Assembly: GCA_022827725.1 (NCBI GenBank)
Contig: JAJEIJ010000028.1
Location: 8,795 to 72,794 of the forward strand
Reading direction: 5' to 3'
Origin: Acidimicrobiia bacterium
Lineage (GTDB): Bacteria > Actinomycetota > Acidimicrobiia > Acidimicrobiales > Bin134
Length of the DNA stretch: 64,000 nucleotides
The notes below the pieces were generated by a model. The model saw only the letters and a program-made list of their open reading frames with translations. It ran no database searches and was not told where the DNA came from. The position numbers and the translations under genes are program-made. Below are positions 47,366-55,989 of the stretch, piece after piece. Each line of letters starts with the position of its first letter. Position 1 is the stretch's first letter.

Positions 47366-48419
47366 AGCAGCGTTTAGCACCATTGCCCAAGGCGAGCCAG
47401 AGATCCGGGGTCGGATCTCGGAGCCACGTTCGATCTGGCAGGCCCCGCTACTGCCCATCGGCATTGCTTTGATATTCGTCGGTACCATGGTGCTCAACGA
47501 CGTCACCGCCGAGATCAGGGTCCTTTTGGTGCTGGTCGGCATTGCAGGCGGCTATTTGGGCTTGGATGCGGTCTGCCAGCGGCGCTGGGGTGCGGGATTC
47601 GACACCTCCGCCTGGCTCTCCGGAGTCTGGTTGATCATGATCGGGCTTTCGGCCATTTTGGTGCAGTGGCTTCCCCTGCCCGAATCAAAGTTGGTTAAGA
47701 ACTCGTTTGATGAAGGGCTGCGGCTTCGCCCTGATCTGTTCTCCCGGCACCCCTTGGGTACCAACAGCCAAGAGCTCGACCTGTTGGGCGGGGTCATGTG
47801 GGGGGCTCGTACCTCGCTCATCATCAGCTTGGGGGCGGTGGCAATCGGCTTGATCATCGGCGGGGTCATCGGAATCGCCGCTGGCTACTTTCGAGGCACG
47901 TTCGATAGCGGGGTGGGAATCCTGGCTGATTCCATGCTGGCCTTTCCCCCGCTGATTCTGCTGGTGGCCATGGCCACGGTGTTCGAGCAGAACCAGTGGA
48001 CCATGGCGCTGGAGCTGTCCTTGTTGGGCATCCCCACCTATATCCGATTATCCCGGGCCAACACGCTGACCTTCGCCCAGCGAGAATTCGTACTCGCGGC
48101 CAAAGCCATGGGCTCGGACAACCGGCGCGTCATTTTTCGGGAGCTGATGCCCAATGTTGCTCTGCCGCTGTTGTCATACGCTTTCTTGGTGACTGCGGTG
48201 CTGATCGTGGCCGAGGCCTCGCTCAGCTTCCTGGGTGTAGGCATTCAGCCCCCTGAACCGACGTGGGGGAACATGATCGAAGCGGGCCAAGAGAACTACC
48301 AAAATCATCCCCACCTGGTATTCGTGCCCGGCATCGTGATGTTCATGACCGTGTTCGCCCTCAACCGGGTGGGCGACAAAGCCCGCGAGCGCTGGGATCC
48401 TCGCGAGGCCCAGATCTGA
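47358..48419 (+). CDS. ABC transporter permease (DppC/OppC-like)
   Basis: 353-aa ORF. The GTG start overlaps the previous stop by 8 nt. It carries REFVLAAKAMGSDNRRVIFRELMPN. Confidence 0.85.
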   Translation: MSEAAFSTIAQGEPEIRGRISEPRSIWQAPLLPIGIALIFVGTMVLNDVTAEIRVLLVLVGIAGGYLGLDAVCQRRWGAGFDTSAWLSGVWLIMIGLSAILVQWLPLPESKLVKNSFDEGLRLRPDLFSRHPLGTNSQELDLLGGVMWGARTSLIISLGAVAIGLIIGGVIGIAAGYFRGTFDSGVGILADSMLAFPPLILLVAMATVFEQNQWTMALELSLLGIPTYIRLSRANTLTFAQREFVLAAKAMGSDNRRVIFRELMPNVALPLLSYAFLVTAVLIVAEASLSFLGVGIQPPEPTWGNMIEAGQENYQNHPHLVFVPGIVMFMTVFALNRVGDKARERWDPREAQI

Positions 48420-48435
48420 GAACGCGGACGTGCGC

Positions 48436-48879
48436 CTACCAGAGCAGGGGTAGGCCTTCGATGGCGGCGGCCGTTGAGAGCTGGCGGTCGAAGCATCCGA
48501 AAGTGCAGCCGCCCATGAGGCGAGACGCTGCCAGCGCAGACGCCAGTTGAACTGCATCGTATGCCCGCAACGGATGGCGGGCGACGAGGTTGATTGCCTC
48601 GCGGAGGATGTCTTCGTTCACCCTCATGAGAACGGTGTTCCGTTCCAGACTTGAAGCGGAGACATCGGCTAGGAATCGCTGGCACATGATCTGGGCGTCG
48701 GACGCGGAGATTTCTCCGACGCGGTGCTTGCGCCAAAGCGCGGCTGGGACTTCGACGGCAGCCAAATCGCTGGCAAACACCGGTTCGGACATGCCCTGCG
48801 CCAAGTGGCTTTCCGGCTCGTCGGCGTAACGCTTGACTATGGCCGATGAATCGAGAAATGCCGTCACCGATTGTCGCAA
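48436..48879 (-). CDS. vapC: Type II toxin, PIN-domain VapC family
   Basis: PIN acidic positions are present (AFLDSSAIV, LRAYDAVQLASAL, CFDRQL). The start is ATG 48879 or GTG 48867 (GTGA overlap with the antitoxin stop). Its stop is 16 nt from the convergent permease stop. Confidence 0.8.
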   Translation of the reverse strand: MRQSVTAFLDSSAIVKRYADEPESHLAQGMSEPVFASDLAAVEVPAALWRKHRVGEISASDAQIMCQRFLADVSASSLERNTVLMRVNEDILREAINLVARHPLRAYDAVQLASALAASRLMGGCTFGCFDRQLSTAAAIEGLPLLW

Positions 48880-49184
48880 ACAATTTCAGACAGCGGGGTT
48901 CCCTGCCCTGCACGCTTACGGGCCGCGGTGAATGCCTCTTCATCAGGTGGATCCACTTCGGGGGCCTGAAAATCAGAGAGCAGGCCCGCGAGCTTGAGCC
49001 GAGCCCTGATCTCTTCGACTTCGCTTGATGTGTTTGAGGGGTCGGTTGCTGCCTGCGCGATCTGGGTGAGAAAGGCGTTCATCGATACCTCCTGTTCCTG
49101 AGCCCTCGTCTTGACTCGGGCGACGAGTTCTTCGTCTGCTCTCCAGGTGACTTGCTGCATGAGTGCATGGTAGCAGTCATGCAT
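48864..49184 (-). CDS. Ribbon-helix-helix (CopG/VapB-like) antitoxin
   Basis: The RHH-like N-terminus VTWRADEELVARVKTRAQEQEVSMNAFLTQI is present, and the gene overlaps the PIN gene. The start is ATG 49184 or ATG 49160. Confidence 0.7.
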   Translation of the reverse strand: MHDCYHALMQQVTWRADEELVARVKTRAQEQEVSMNAFLTQIAQAATDPSNTSSEVEEIRARLKLAGLLSDFQAPEVDPPDEEAFTAARKRAGQGTPLSEIVCDNR

Positions 49185-49211
49185 GCAGAATTGATTGGGA
49201 ATTGTCCTGGA

Positions 49212-52200
49212 TCAGGGTGCTTTGGCGAGGGCGGCGAGGCGGGAGCGGAATTTGGCGATGTTGGCGAGCTTGATGTCTTCGTAGCCGCGGACGAGGTTGG
49301 CGGCCTCGGCGATGGCTTGGGCGGATTGGAAGTCTTCTGGGGTGGCGGCGTCTTCGACTGCTTCGCGGAGGGCGGTGAGGTACTCAGCGGGCAGGCGGCG
49401 TTCCTCTCGGCGGACTTTGGCCCGGCCGACGGGGTCGAACGGGGTTCCCCGCAGGTGTTTGCCCTTGGCCAATAGCCTGATCAGCGGTCGCCAGCGGTTC
49501 ACGGAAAGGGCGATCTTCTTCTTGCGGCCCAAGGCCCGCAGGGTTGGGGGGTGCAGCTTCCAGGCCAGGCGGTCACCGGGCTGGGCAACCGCGGCGGCGG
49601 GATAGTGGCCGTTGGGATCGAGCAGCAGGCGGGCCACTTCGTACTCGTCCTTGTAGGCGGTGAGCTTGTACAGCCCGGCAGCCACTGCCGCGGTCAGCGC
49701 CGCAGAGCCGGGATTCACCCGACGCTCCACGGCCGCGAATTCGGCCACCTCGTCCAGATAGCGGTGGGCCAGGGCCCGGTTTTGGAATCGCACCAACTCG
49801 GCTGCGAACAACTCCAGGGCGGCGGCCAGTACGGAGTCGCCGTCGGCCAGCGCCGCAATGCGGTCGCTCAGCTTCTGCCCCAACACCGCACTGTTGTCGC
49901 CATCGGCCATCCAATCGGTCGAGTGGGTGTCCGGCGCCGGGGCAAGGGCGATGGCCTCCTCAACTTGTCCGGGGTCGGCCACCCACCAGCGGCCCCATCG
50001 GAACGCGGCGGTGTTCAGCTCTACGGCCACTCCGTTGAGCTCGATGGCGGTTTCCAGCGCCTCGGGCGTCACCGGCAGCAGCCCGGTCTGCACGGCCATG
50101 CCCACCACGAACACGTTGGCCCCCACCGCATCGCCCACCAGCACTTGGGCCAAGTCGGATGCGCTGGCCCAGAACTGGGCGTCGGCTCGGGTCTCGGCCC
50201 GCACCCGCTCCAACAGCTCATCGGCGGTGGGCATGTCGATTTCGGGGTGGGCGGTCTTGGCGCCGGGGGGCACAACGTCGAGCGAGCCCACCACCGCGGT
50301 GCGGGCAGAGTCGGACGCGTCCAGCCCGGTGGCCGACGACGCCACCAGCAGGTCGAAGGCCAGCAGCAGGTCGGCTTGGCGGTCGCCCAGCCGGTTGCTG
50401 CCCGAGCGGCCGTGGCGGGTGATGCGCAGATCGCTGACCACCGGGCCGGCCTTTTGCGACAGGCCGATCTGGTCGAGCCCCTGCACGTTGGACCCATCCA
50501 GCATGGCTGCGGTGCCGATGAGCTGGGCGGTGGTCACCACCCCGGTTCCGCCGATGCCGGTGATGTGGATGTTCACGTCGGCGTCGGCCGACTCCGGCGG
50601 GGCAGGGATAGGCGTGGCCGGCACCGGCAGATCGGCCGGGGCGGAGGCCCGCTTTCTGCGGAAGCGCTTGGGGCGGGTGATGGTGACAAACGCCGGGCAA
50701 TCCCCCTCCAAGCACGAGAGGTCGATGTTGCAGCTGTCCTGATCGATGGTGGTCTTGCGGCCGAACGGGGTGTCGAAGGGCTGCACCGACAGGCAGTTGG
50801 AGACCTCAGCGCAGTGGCCGCACCCCTCGCACACCCGGTGATTGATGGCAACCCGGGTCCGGGGCGGGCTGATCTTGCCCCGCTTGCGGTCTCGTCGCAG
50901 CTCGGCGGCGCACCGCTGGTCGTGGATGAGCACGGTTACCCCCGCCACCGCGGCCAGCTCCTGCTGGACTTCGGCCAATTCGGTGCGGTCTCTCACATCC
51001 ACCTCGGAGGGAAGCTCAAGGCGGCGGGTGCGGGCCGGATCGTCGGACGTGATGATGATGCGGGCCACGCCCTGGGCCAGAAGCGACCGGCACACCCGGT
51101 CGAGGGGGATGCCGCCGGTGGGGTTCTGCCCACCGGTCATGGCCACCGCGCCGTTCCACAACAGCTTGTAGGTGATGTTGACTCCTGCGGCGATGGCCGC
51201 GGTCATGGCCAGCTGCCCGGAGTGGAAGAACGTGCCGTCGCCCATGTTCTGGATCAGGTGCGGGGTTTCCACGAACGGGGCCATGCCAATCCACTGGGTG
51301 CCCTCGCTGCCCATGCAGGTGAGCCCGGCGATGTCGCCGTAGCGCTCTTCGCCCCCCAGCAGGATCATGGTGTGGCAGCCGATGCCCGCGCCCACCACGG
51401 TGCCGGGGTCGGTCACCGTGCTGCGATTGTGGGGGCAGCCCGAGCAGAAGTAAGGGGTGCGGTTCACCGCCAAGGGGATGCGCTCTCGCGCCGGGGGCTC
51501 CGGGGTCAGCCGGTCGCCCAGACGGGCCAATCGGCTGCGCAGCGGGCCCACCAGGTCGTCGGCGTGCAGGGCGCCATGGCTCTTGATGAGGCGTTGGTCG
51601 TATTCGTCGAACTCGCCCACGATGCGGGGCCGGTGGGAGGTGTTGTACAGGGCGTCTTTCACCCGTGATTCCACGTTGGGGGTCTTCTCCTCGATGACGA
51701 AGATCTCCTCCAAGCCAACGGCGAAATCTCTGATCGTGGAGGCGTTGAACGGAATGGGCAGGCCCATGCGCAACATGCGGATCCCGGCACTGGAGATCGC
51801 TTCGTCGCTTTCCAAGCCGATTACCGCCAGCGCCTCCCGCACCTCCCAATAGGTGATGCCCGAGGCGATGATCCCGATCCAGGCGTCGGGAGATTCCACC
51901 ACCACCCGATTGAGGTGGTTCAACTCGGCATATTGAAGGGCCAGATTGGTGCGGACTTCCACGATCTCGCGTTCAAAGTCCAGCGTGTAGGGAGTGAGCA
52001 GGCGGGTGTCGGGGCGGTGCTGGTAGGGCTTGCCCTCGTGCAGGGGTATGACCGGATTGACCCGGTTGGGGTCGAGGCTGACATCGGCCGACCCGTCGGC
52101 CACGTTGGCCACGATCTTCATCCCCACCCACAGTCCGGTGGCCCGGCTCATGGCGATGGCGTGGCGGCCCAACTCCAACACATCGGCAGGATCGCCGGGG

Positions 52201-52727
52201 TAGAGCACCGGGATGTGCAGGTCGGCCAGCACCCCGGCTGAAGTGGACGGCAAGGTGGACGACTTGGCGTTGGGGTCGTCGCCGGCCAGCATCACCACCC
52301 CGCCATTCGGGTCGGCGCCGGCGAACATGGCATGGCGGATGGCGTCGGAGGCCCGGTCGACGCCGGGGGCTTTGCCGTACCAGATCCCGATGACGCCGTC
52401 GTAGCGGGCATCGGGTCGGGAGGCGGCCAGTTGGCTGCCCATCACCGCGGTGGCCGCGTACTCCTCGTTCACCGACGGCCGCAGCACAACCGCGCTTTCC
52501 CCCGATTCCCTCACGGCCCGCTCCAATGCCGAGTCGAGTCCGCCCACCGGCGAACCGGGATAGCCCGCCGCGAACGCCGCGGTGTTCAGCCCCGCCGCCC
52601 GGTCGGCCCGCAATTGCTCCAGCGGGAGCCGGGCCATGGCTTGAATGCCGGTGAGGAAGACCGTTCCGGAATCGTTGGTGAAGCGATCGGAGAGCCGGTA
52701 ACTGCGGTTCGACTCGGTGGCCGTCAT
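49212..52727 (-). CDS. Indolepyruvate/2-oxoacid:ferredoxin oxidoreductase family protein (fused alpha-beta form)
   Basis: 1,171-aa ORF. N-terminus FLTGIQAMARLPLEQLRADRAAGLNTAAFAAGYPGSPVGGLD, a TPP-binding region (GDGTFFHSG), two ferredoxin-type Cys clusters (CEGCGHC...C, C..C..GDC) and a C-terminal beta-like domain. Confidence 0.9.
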   Translation of the reverse strand: MTATESNRSYRLSDRFTNDSGTVFLTGIQAMARLPLEQLRADRAAGLNTAAFAAGYPGSPVGGLDSALERAVRESGESAVVLRPSVNEEYAATAVMGSQLAASRPDARYDGVIGIWYGKAPGVDRASDAIRHAMFAGADPNGGVVMLAGDDPNAKSSTLPSTSAGVLADLHIPVLYPGDPADVLELGRHAIAMSRATGLWVGMKIVANVADGSADVSLDPNRVNPVIPLHEGKPYQHRPDTRLLTPYTLDFEREIVEVRTNLALQYAELNHLNRVVVESPDAWIGIIASGITYWEVREALAVIGLESDEAISSAGIRMLRMGLPIPFNASTIRDFAVGLEEIFVIEEKTPNVESRVKDALYNTSHRPRIVGEFDEYDQRLIKSHGALHADDLVGPLRSRLARLGDRLTPEPPARERIPLAVNRTPYFCSGCPHNRSTVTDPGTVVGAGIGCHTMILLGGEERYGDIAGLTCMGSEGTQWIGMAPFVETPHLIQNMGDGTFFHSGQLAMTAAIAAGVNITYKLLWNGAVAMTGGQNPTGGIPLDRVCRSLLAQGVARIIITSDDPARTRRLELPSEVDVRDRTELAEVQQELAAVAGVTVLIHDQRCAAELRRDRKRGKISPPRTRVAINHRVCEGCGHCAEVSNCLSVQPFDTPFGRKTTIDQDSCNIDLSCLEGDCPAFVTITRPKRFRRKRASAPADLPVPATPIPAPPESADADVNIHITGIGGTGVVTTAQLIGTAAMLDGSNVQGLDQIGLSQKAGPVVSDLRITRHGRSGSNRLGDRQADLLLAFDLLVASSATGLDASDSARTAVVGSLDVVPPGAKTAHPEIDMPTADELLERVRAETRADAQFWASASDLAQVLVGDAVGANVFVVGMAVQTGLLPVTPEALETAIELNGVAVELNTAAFRWGRWWVADPGQVEEAIALAPAPDTHSTDWMADGDNSAVLGQKLSDRIAALADGDSVLAAALELFAAELVRFQNRALAHRYLDEVAEFAAVERRVNPGSAALTAAVAAGLYKLTAYKDEYEVARLLLDPNGHYPAAAVAQPGDRLAWKLHPPTLRALGRKKKIALSVNRWRPLIRLLAKGKHLRGTPFDPVGRAKVRREERRLPAEYLTALREAVEDAATPEDFQSAQAIAEAANLVRGYEDIKLANIAKFRSRLAALAKAP

Positions 52728-52810
52728 GTCGAAGTCAGTCTAGGAGCAAGTTCTGGCAATGGGGCTGTGCAATCTGACCAATTGGGAGGGGTCGGCGAAC
52801 GAGAGCGCCA

Positions 52811-55246
52811 CTAGACGGCCGGGCTGGCTGGCGCAAACGCCGGGCGGGTGCCGATGATCTGCGCGGCCTCTAGCCGGGCCAGCTCGTCATCGTCTATCCC
52901 GAGCAGGCCGCCCAGCACCTCGGCATTGTGCTCGCCGAGCATCGGAGCGGGACGAGGGAACCATCGGCCGGGCTGGCGGCCGAAGCGCACCGGCATAGCC
53001 GGGAAGCGGTGGGCGCCGGCCAGCGGGTGCTCCACTGCTTCGTAGAACCCGCGGGCGTTGACCTGGGGATTGCGGTCCCCACCTCGGCTTATCTCCAATT
53101 CGGCGGCGGGCACGCCGTATGTGAGGAGACGATCGACTATGTCGGCGGCCGCAAGGCTGGCGCACCATGGTTCGATCAGCTCGTCGAAGCGGTGGCGGGC
53201 GGCATACCGGTCGGCCAATTCATCCGAGGCCGACACCTGGTCCAACTTCAGTTCGGGTACGGCAGCCAGCAGCCCCTGCCAGTGCTGCTCGGTCTCCACC
53301 GACAAGGCAATGAGCTGGCCGTCGGCGCACGGGTACACGCCTTGGGGGCAGGCGTGGGGGTGGTGATTGGCCTCCCGCTGCATCAGATGGCCGGTGGCGG
53401 TGTACTCAACCACCTGCTCGGCGGCGGCGTTGAGCGCGGTCTCCACCATGGTGGCCTCCACAAAACTGCCCGAACCGGTGCGCTCCCGGGCGTGCAGCCC
53501 GCAGATCACCGCGTAGGCGGCGTGCAGGCCGGCCAGCGGATCGGACGGGCCGCGGGCCAGTTGAGGTGCGGTGTCGGGATAGCCGCTCAGCCAGCACATG
53601 CCGCTGACCTGTTCCATGGTCTGGGCGAATCCCACCCTGTCGCGCCATGGCCCGTCCAAGCCGAAGGCTGGCATCCGCACCATCACCAGACGGGAGTTCA
53701 GGGCGTGGACCGTGTCCCAATCGAGCCCGAACTGGTCGATGACCCGGGGGGAGAAGTTCTCCACCAGCGCGTCGGAAACGCTTATGAGCCGGTGCAGCAG
53801 CGCCATGCCCTCGGGTCGGGTCAGGTCTAGGGTGATTGATCGCTTGCCCACGTTGGCGTGCTGGAAGGTGGGGCCGAACTCCCACCACTGGTCATCGGCC
53901 GGGGTGCGGGCCGAGCCGAACCTCATCCCGTCGGGGCGCTGCATCGACTCGATGTGGATCACGTCGGCCCCCAGGGTGGCCAGCACCAATGTGGCGTAGG
54001 GGCCAGCCCAAAAGGCGGTCATGTCCACCACCCGGACCCCGTCGAGGGGAAGGGCATAGGGCGATGCCTCGGGATCTGTGCCCACCGGTCGGCCAGCGCC
54101 AGCAGGACGGTCGCCCGATGTCAGCTCTTCCAGCACCTCGTCGGTGTGCTGGCCCAGGCGTGGTGCGGGCCTAAAGGCAACCGATGGATGGGTGCTGTTG
54201 CGGTACGGCACCCGGGGTTGGAAGAATCCGCCGCCGGGGTGAGGCACGTACACCCCCCGCAGGGCGAATTGGTCGAACTCGGGAAGATTGGCGCCGTTGC
54301 CAATGGGAGCGACGGGGATGCGCAACAAGATGGCCTCGTGAACCACCTCCTCGGTGGTGCGCGCCGAGGTCCACTCCCGGATGGCCCCGGCGATGGACTC
54401 GCCGGCGGCGATGCGCCCGCCCATGGTGGCCAGTTGGGAATCGTCGGCCCATTCCGGGTGGCCCACCAGCACGGTGAAGTCTTGCCACTGCTGGCCGGTG
54501 AACACACAGAACCCCACGTAGCCGTCCCGGGTGGGTTCCACTGAAGGCACCTCCAGCAAGGCCTTGGTGTCGTAATCGCCGGTGAACGATCCCCACAGCG
54601 TCTGCACGTTGGTGCAGGTGGGGGTGATGGTCTCCAACAGAGAGAGGTCCACATGGTCGCCCTCTCCGGTGCGGCGAGCCCGGCGCAGCGCGGCGGCGGC
54701 GGCCACGGCCGCGGTCACTCCGCCCATCCATTCGCCGATGCGTCCCCCGGCATTGAACGGGATCCGTCCCGGCTGGCCCCGAGTGGCGGTGGAACCGGCG
54801 ATGGCCATCAGGGTGAACTCGTTGGCCGGGCGCTGGCTCCACGGGCCGCCCCGGCCGAAGTTGGACACCGACACCATGGTGGCGTCGGGCCGCAGGTTGG
54901 CCAGCGCCTCCCAGCCCACCCCCAGATCCTCCAGCTCACCGGGCTCGGACCGCTCCATCACCAGATCGGCGGTGGCATACAGATCGAGCAGCCGGTCGCG
55001 GCCCGCCGCAGTTCGGTAGTCCAGCATCACTCCCTGCTTGGTGGTGTTGAGAAATCGGAACAGCGGCCCGTAACCGTCGACGGCGGCAAAGGAGGCCGAA
55101 TAGCCCCGAAGCGGGTCGCCGTCGGGCAACTCCACCTTCACCACCTCGGCCCCGGCGTCGGCCAACAGCTTGGTGGCGTAGCCCCCGGCGATGCCCCAGC
55201 CCAGATCGACTACTCGAACCCCGTTCAGAGCGGGCCTCTCAACCAT
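52811..55246 (-). CDS. Tandem-fused double family III CoA-transferase (two CaiB/BaiF units in one polypeptide)
   Basis: 811-aa ORF. The first unit starts GVRVVDLGWGIAGGYATKLLADAGAEVVKVE. The second starts near residue 400, at GVRVVDMTAFWAGPYATLVLATLGADVIHIE. Confidence 0.85.
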   Translation of the reverse strand: MVERPALNGVRVVDLGWGIAGGYATKLLADAGAEVVKVELPDGDPLRGYSASFAAVDGYGPLFRFLNTTKQGVMLDYRTAAGRDRLLDLYATADLVMERSEPGELEDLGVGWEALANLRPDATMVSVSNFGRGGPWSQRPANEFTLMAIAGSTATRGQPGRIPFNAGGRIGEWMGGVTAAVAAAAALRRARRTGEGDHVDLSLLETITPTCTNVQTLWGSFTGDYDTKALLEVPSVEPTRDGYVGFCVFTGQQWQDFTVLVGHPEWADDSQLATMGGRIAAGESIAGAIREWTSARTTEEVVHEAILLRIPVAPIGNGANLPEFDQFALRGVYVPHPGGGFFQPRVPYRNSTHPSVAFRPAPRLGQHTDEVLEELTSGDRPAGAGRPVGTDPEASPYALPLDGVRVVDMTAFWAGPYATLVLATLGADVIHIESMQRPDGMRFGSARTPADDQWWEFGPTFQHANVGKRSITLDLTRPEGMALLHRLISVSDALVENFSPRVIDQFGLDWDTVHALNSRLVMVRMPAFGLDGPWRDRVGFAQTMEQVSGMCWLSGYPDTAPQLARGPSDPLAGLHAAYAVICGLHARERTGSGSFVEATMVETALNAAAEQVVEYTATGHLMQREANHHPHACPQGVYPCADGQLIALSVETEQHWQGLLAAVPELKLDQVSASDELADRYAARHRFDELIEPWCASLAAADIVDRLLTYGVPAAELEISRGGDRNPQVNARGFYEAVEHPLAGAHRFPAMPVRFGRQPGRWFPRPAPMLGEHNAEVLGGLLGIDDDELARLEAAQIIGTRPAFAPASPAV

Positions 55247-55281
55247 GAGTTTTTGACACTACCCGACTACCGTCTTGGCCG

Positions 55282-55866
55282 ATGGGCGACAGGGAAACGG
55301 CCACGGTGGACCAGCCTCGGATCGAGGCCGCAGTGCGAGAGATCTTGGCCGCCATCGGCGAGGATCCCAACCGAGACGGACTGCTGGACACCCCGGGACG
55401 GGTGGCCCGGATGTACGCCGAGATCTGCGGAGGCATTCACGAAGACCCGGCCTCCCACCTGACCCGCCAGTTCGAGGCCGACCACGATGAGATGATCCTG
55501 GTGCGCGACATCCCCCTGTACTCGCTGTGCGAGCACCATCTGATCCCGTTTCTGGGCAAGGCCCATGTGGGCTACATCCCCAACGAAGACGGGTGCATAA
55601 CCGGGCTGTCGAAGCTGGCCCGGGTGGTGGATGGGTACGCCCGGATGCCCCAGGTGCAGGAGCGGCTCACCACCCAAATTGCCGATGCCATAGAAGGCGC
55701 CCTCAACCCCCGCGGCGTGCTGGTGGTGGTGGAGGCCGAGCATCTGTGCATGTCGATGCGGGGCATCCGCAAGCCGGGGGCCAATACGGTTACGTCGGCG
55801 GTGAGAGGCCTCTTTCGGACCGATATCGCCACCCGGGCCGAGGCGATGCGGTTTATCGACCGCTAG
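55282..55866 (+). CDS. folE: GTP cyclohydrolase I
   Basis: 194-aa ORF with [29 protein letters not shown] and HLCMSMRG motifs. Confidence 0.95.
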   Translation: MGDRETATVDQPRIEAAVREILAAIGEDPNRDGLLDTPGRVARMYAEICGGIHEDPASHLTRQFEADHDEMILVRDIPLYSLCEHHLIPFLGKAHVGYIPNEDGCITGLSKLARVVDGYARMPQVQERLTTQIADAIEGALNPRGVLVVVEAEHLCMSMRGIRKPGANTVTSAVRGLFRTDIATRAEAMRFIDR

Positions 55867-55928
55867 GGGCTGCCCAGAAATCCCATTCGGCCTCCAGTGG
55901 GGTGGCCTTGAGGGTTTATCGACCGCTA
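55851..55928. repeat. 15-nt direct repeat of the folE 3' end (GTTTATCGACCGCTA) with a 63-nt period
   Basis: Copy 1 (55851-55865) runs into the folE stop TAG. Copy 2 (55914-55928) is followed by A, giving TAA. Confidence 0.8.
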
Positions 55929-55989
55929 ATCGCCGCTCCAGAGCCACTTGGCATAGTGGCGCCCTGAAATTCGGCGGTACTCTGAGGCC

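Noticed and set aside
24309-49211. Calling the 25-kb middle segment a mobile genomic island or integrative element
   Set aside because: I could find no integrase, transposase, relaxase, flanking tRNA or long terminal direct repeats. Only indirect signs are present (TA modules, a dedicated PPTase, apparently lower GC3). It is therefore reported as a hypothesis, not as a mobile_element feature.
55247-55281. TTGACA hexamer (55253-55258) in the 35-nt divergent spacer before folE as a promoter -35 box
   Set aside because: No acceptable -10 hexamer is present at 16-19 nt spacing, and the spacer is too short to assign promoters by eye for either divergent gene.
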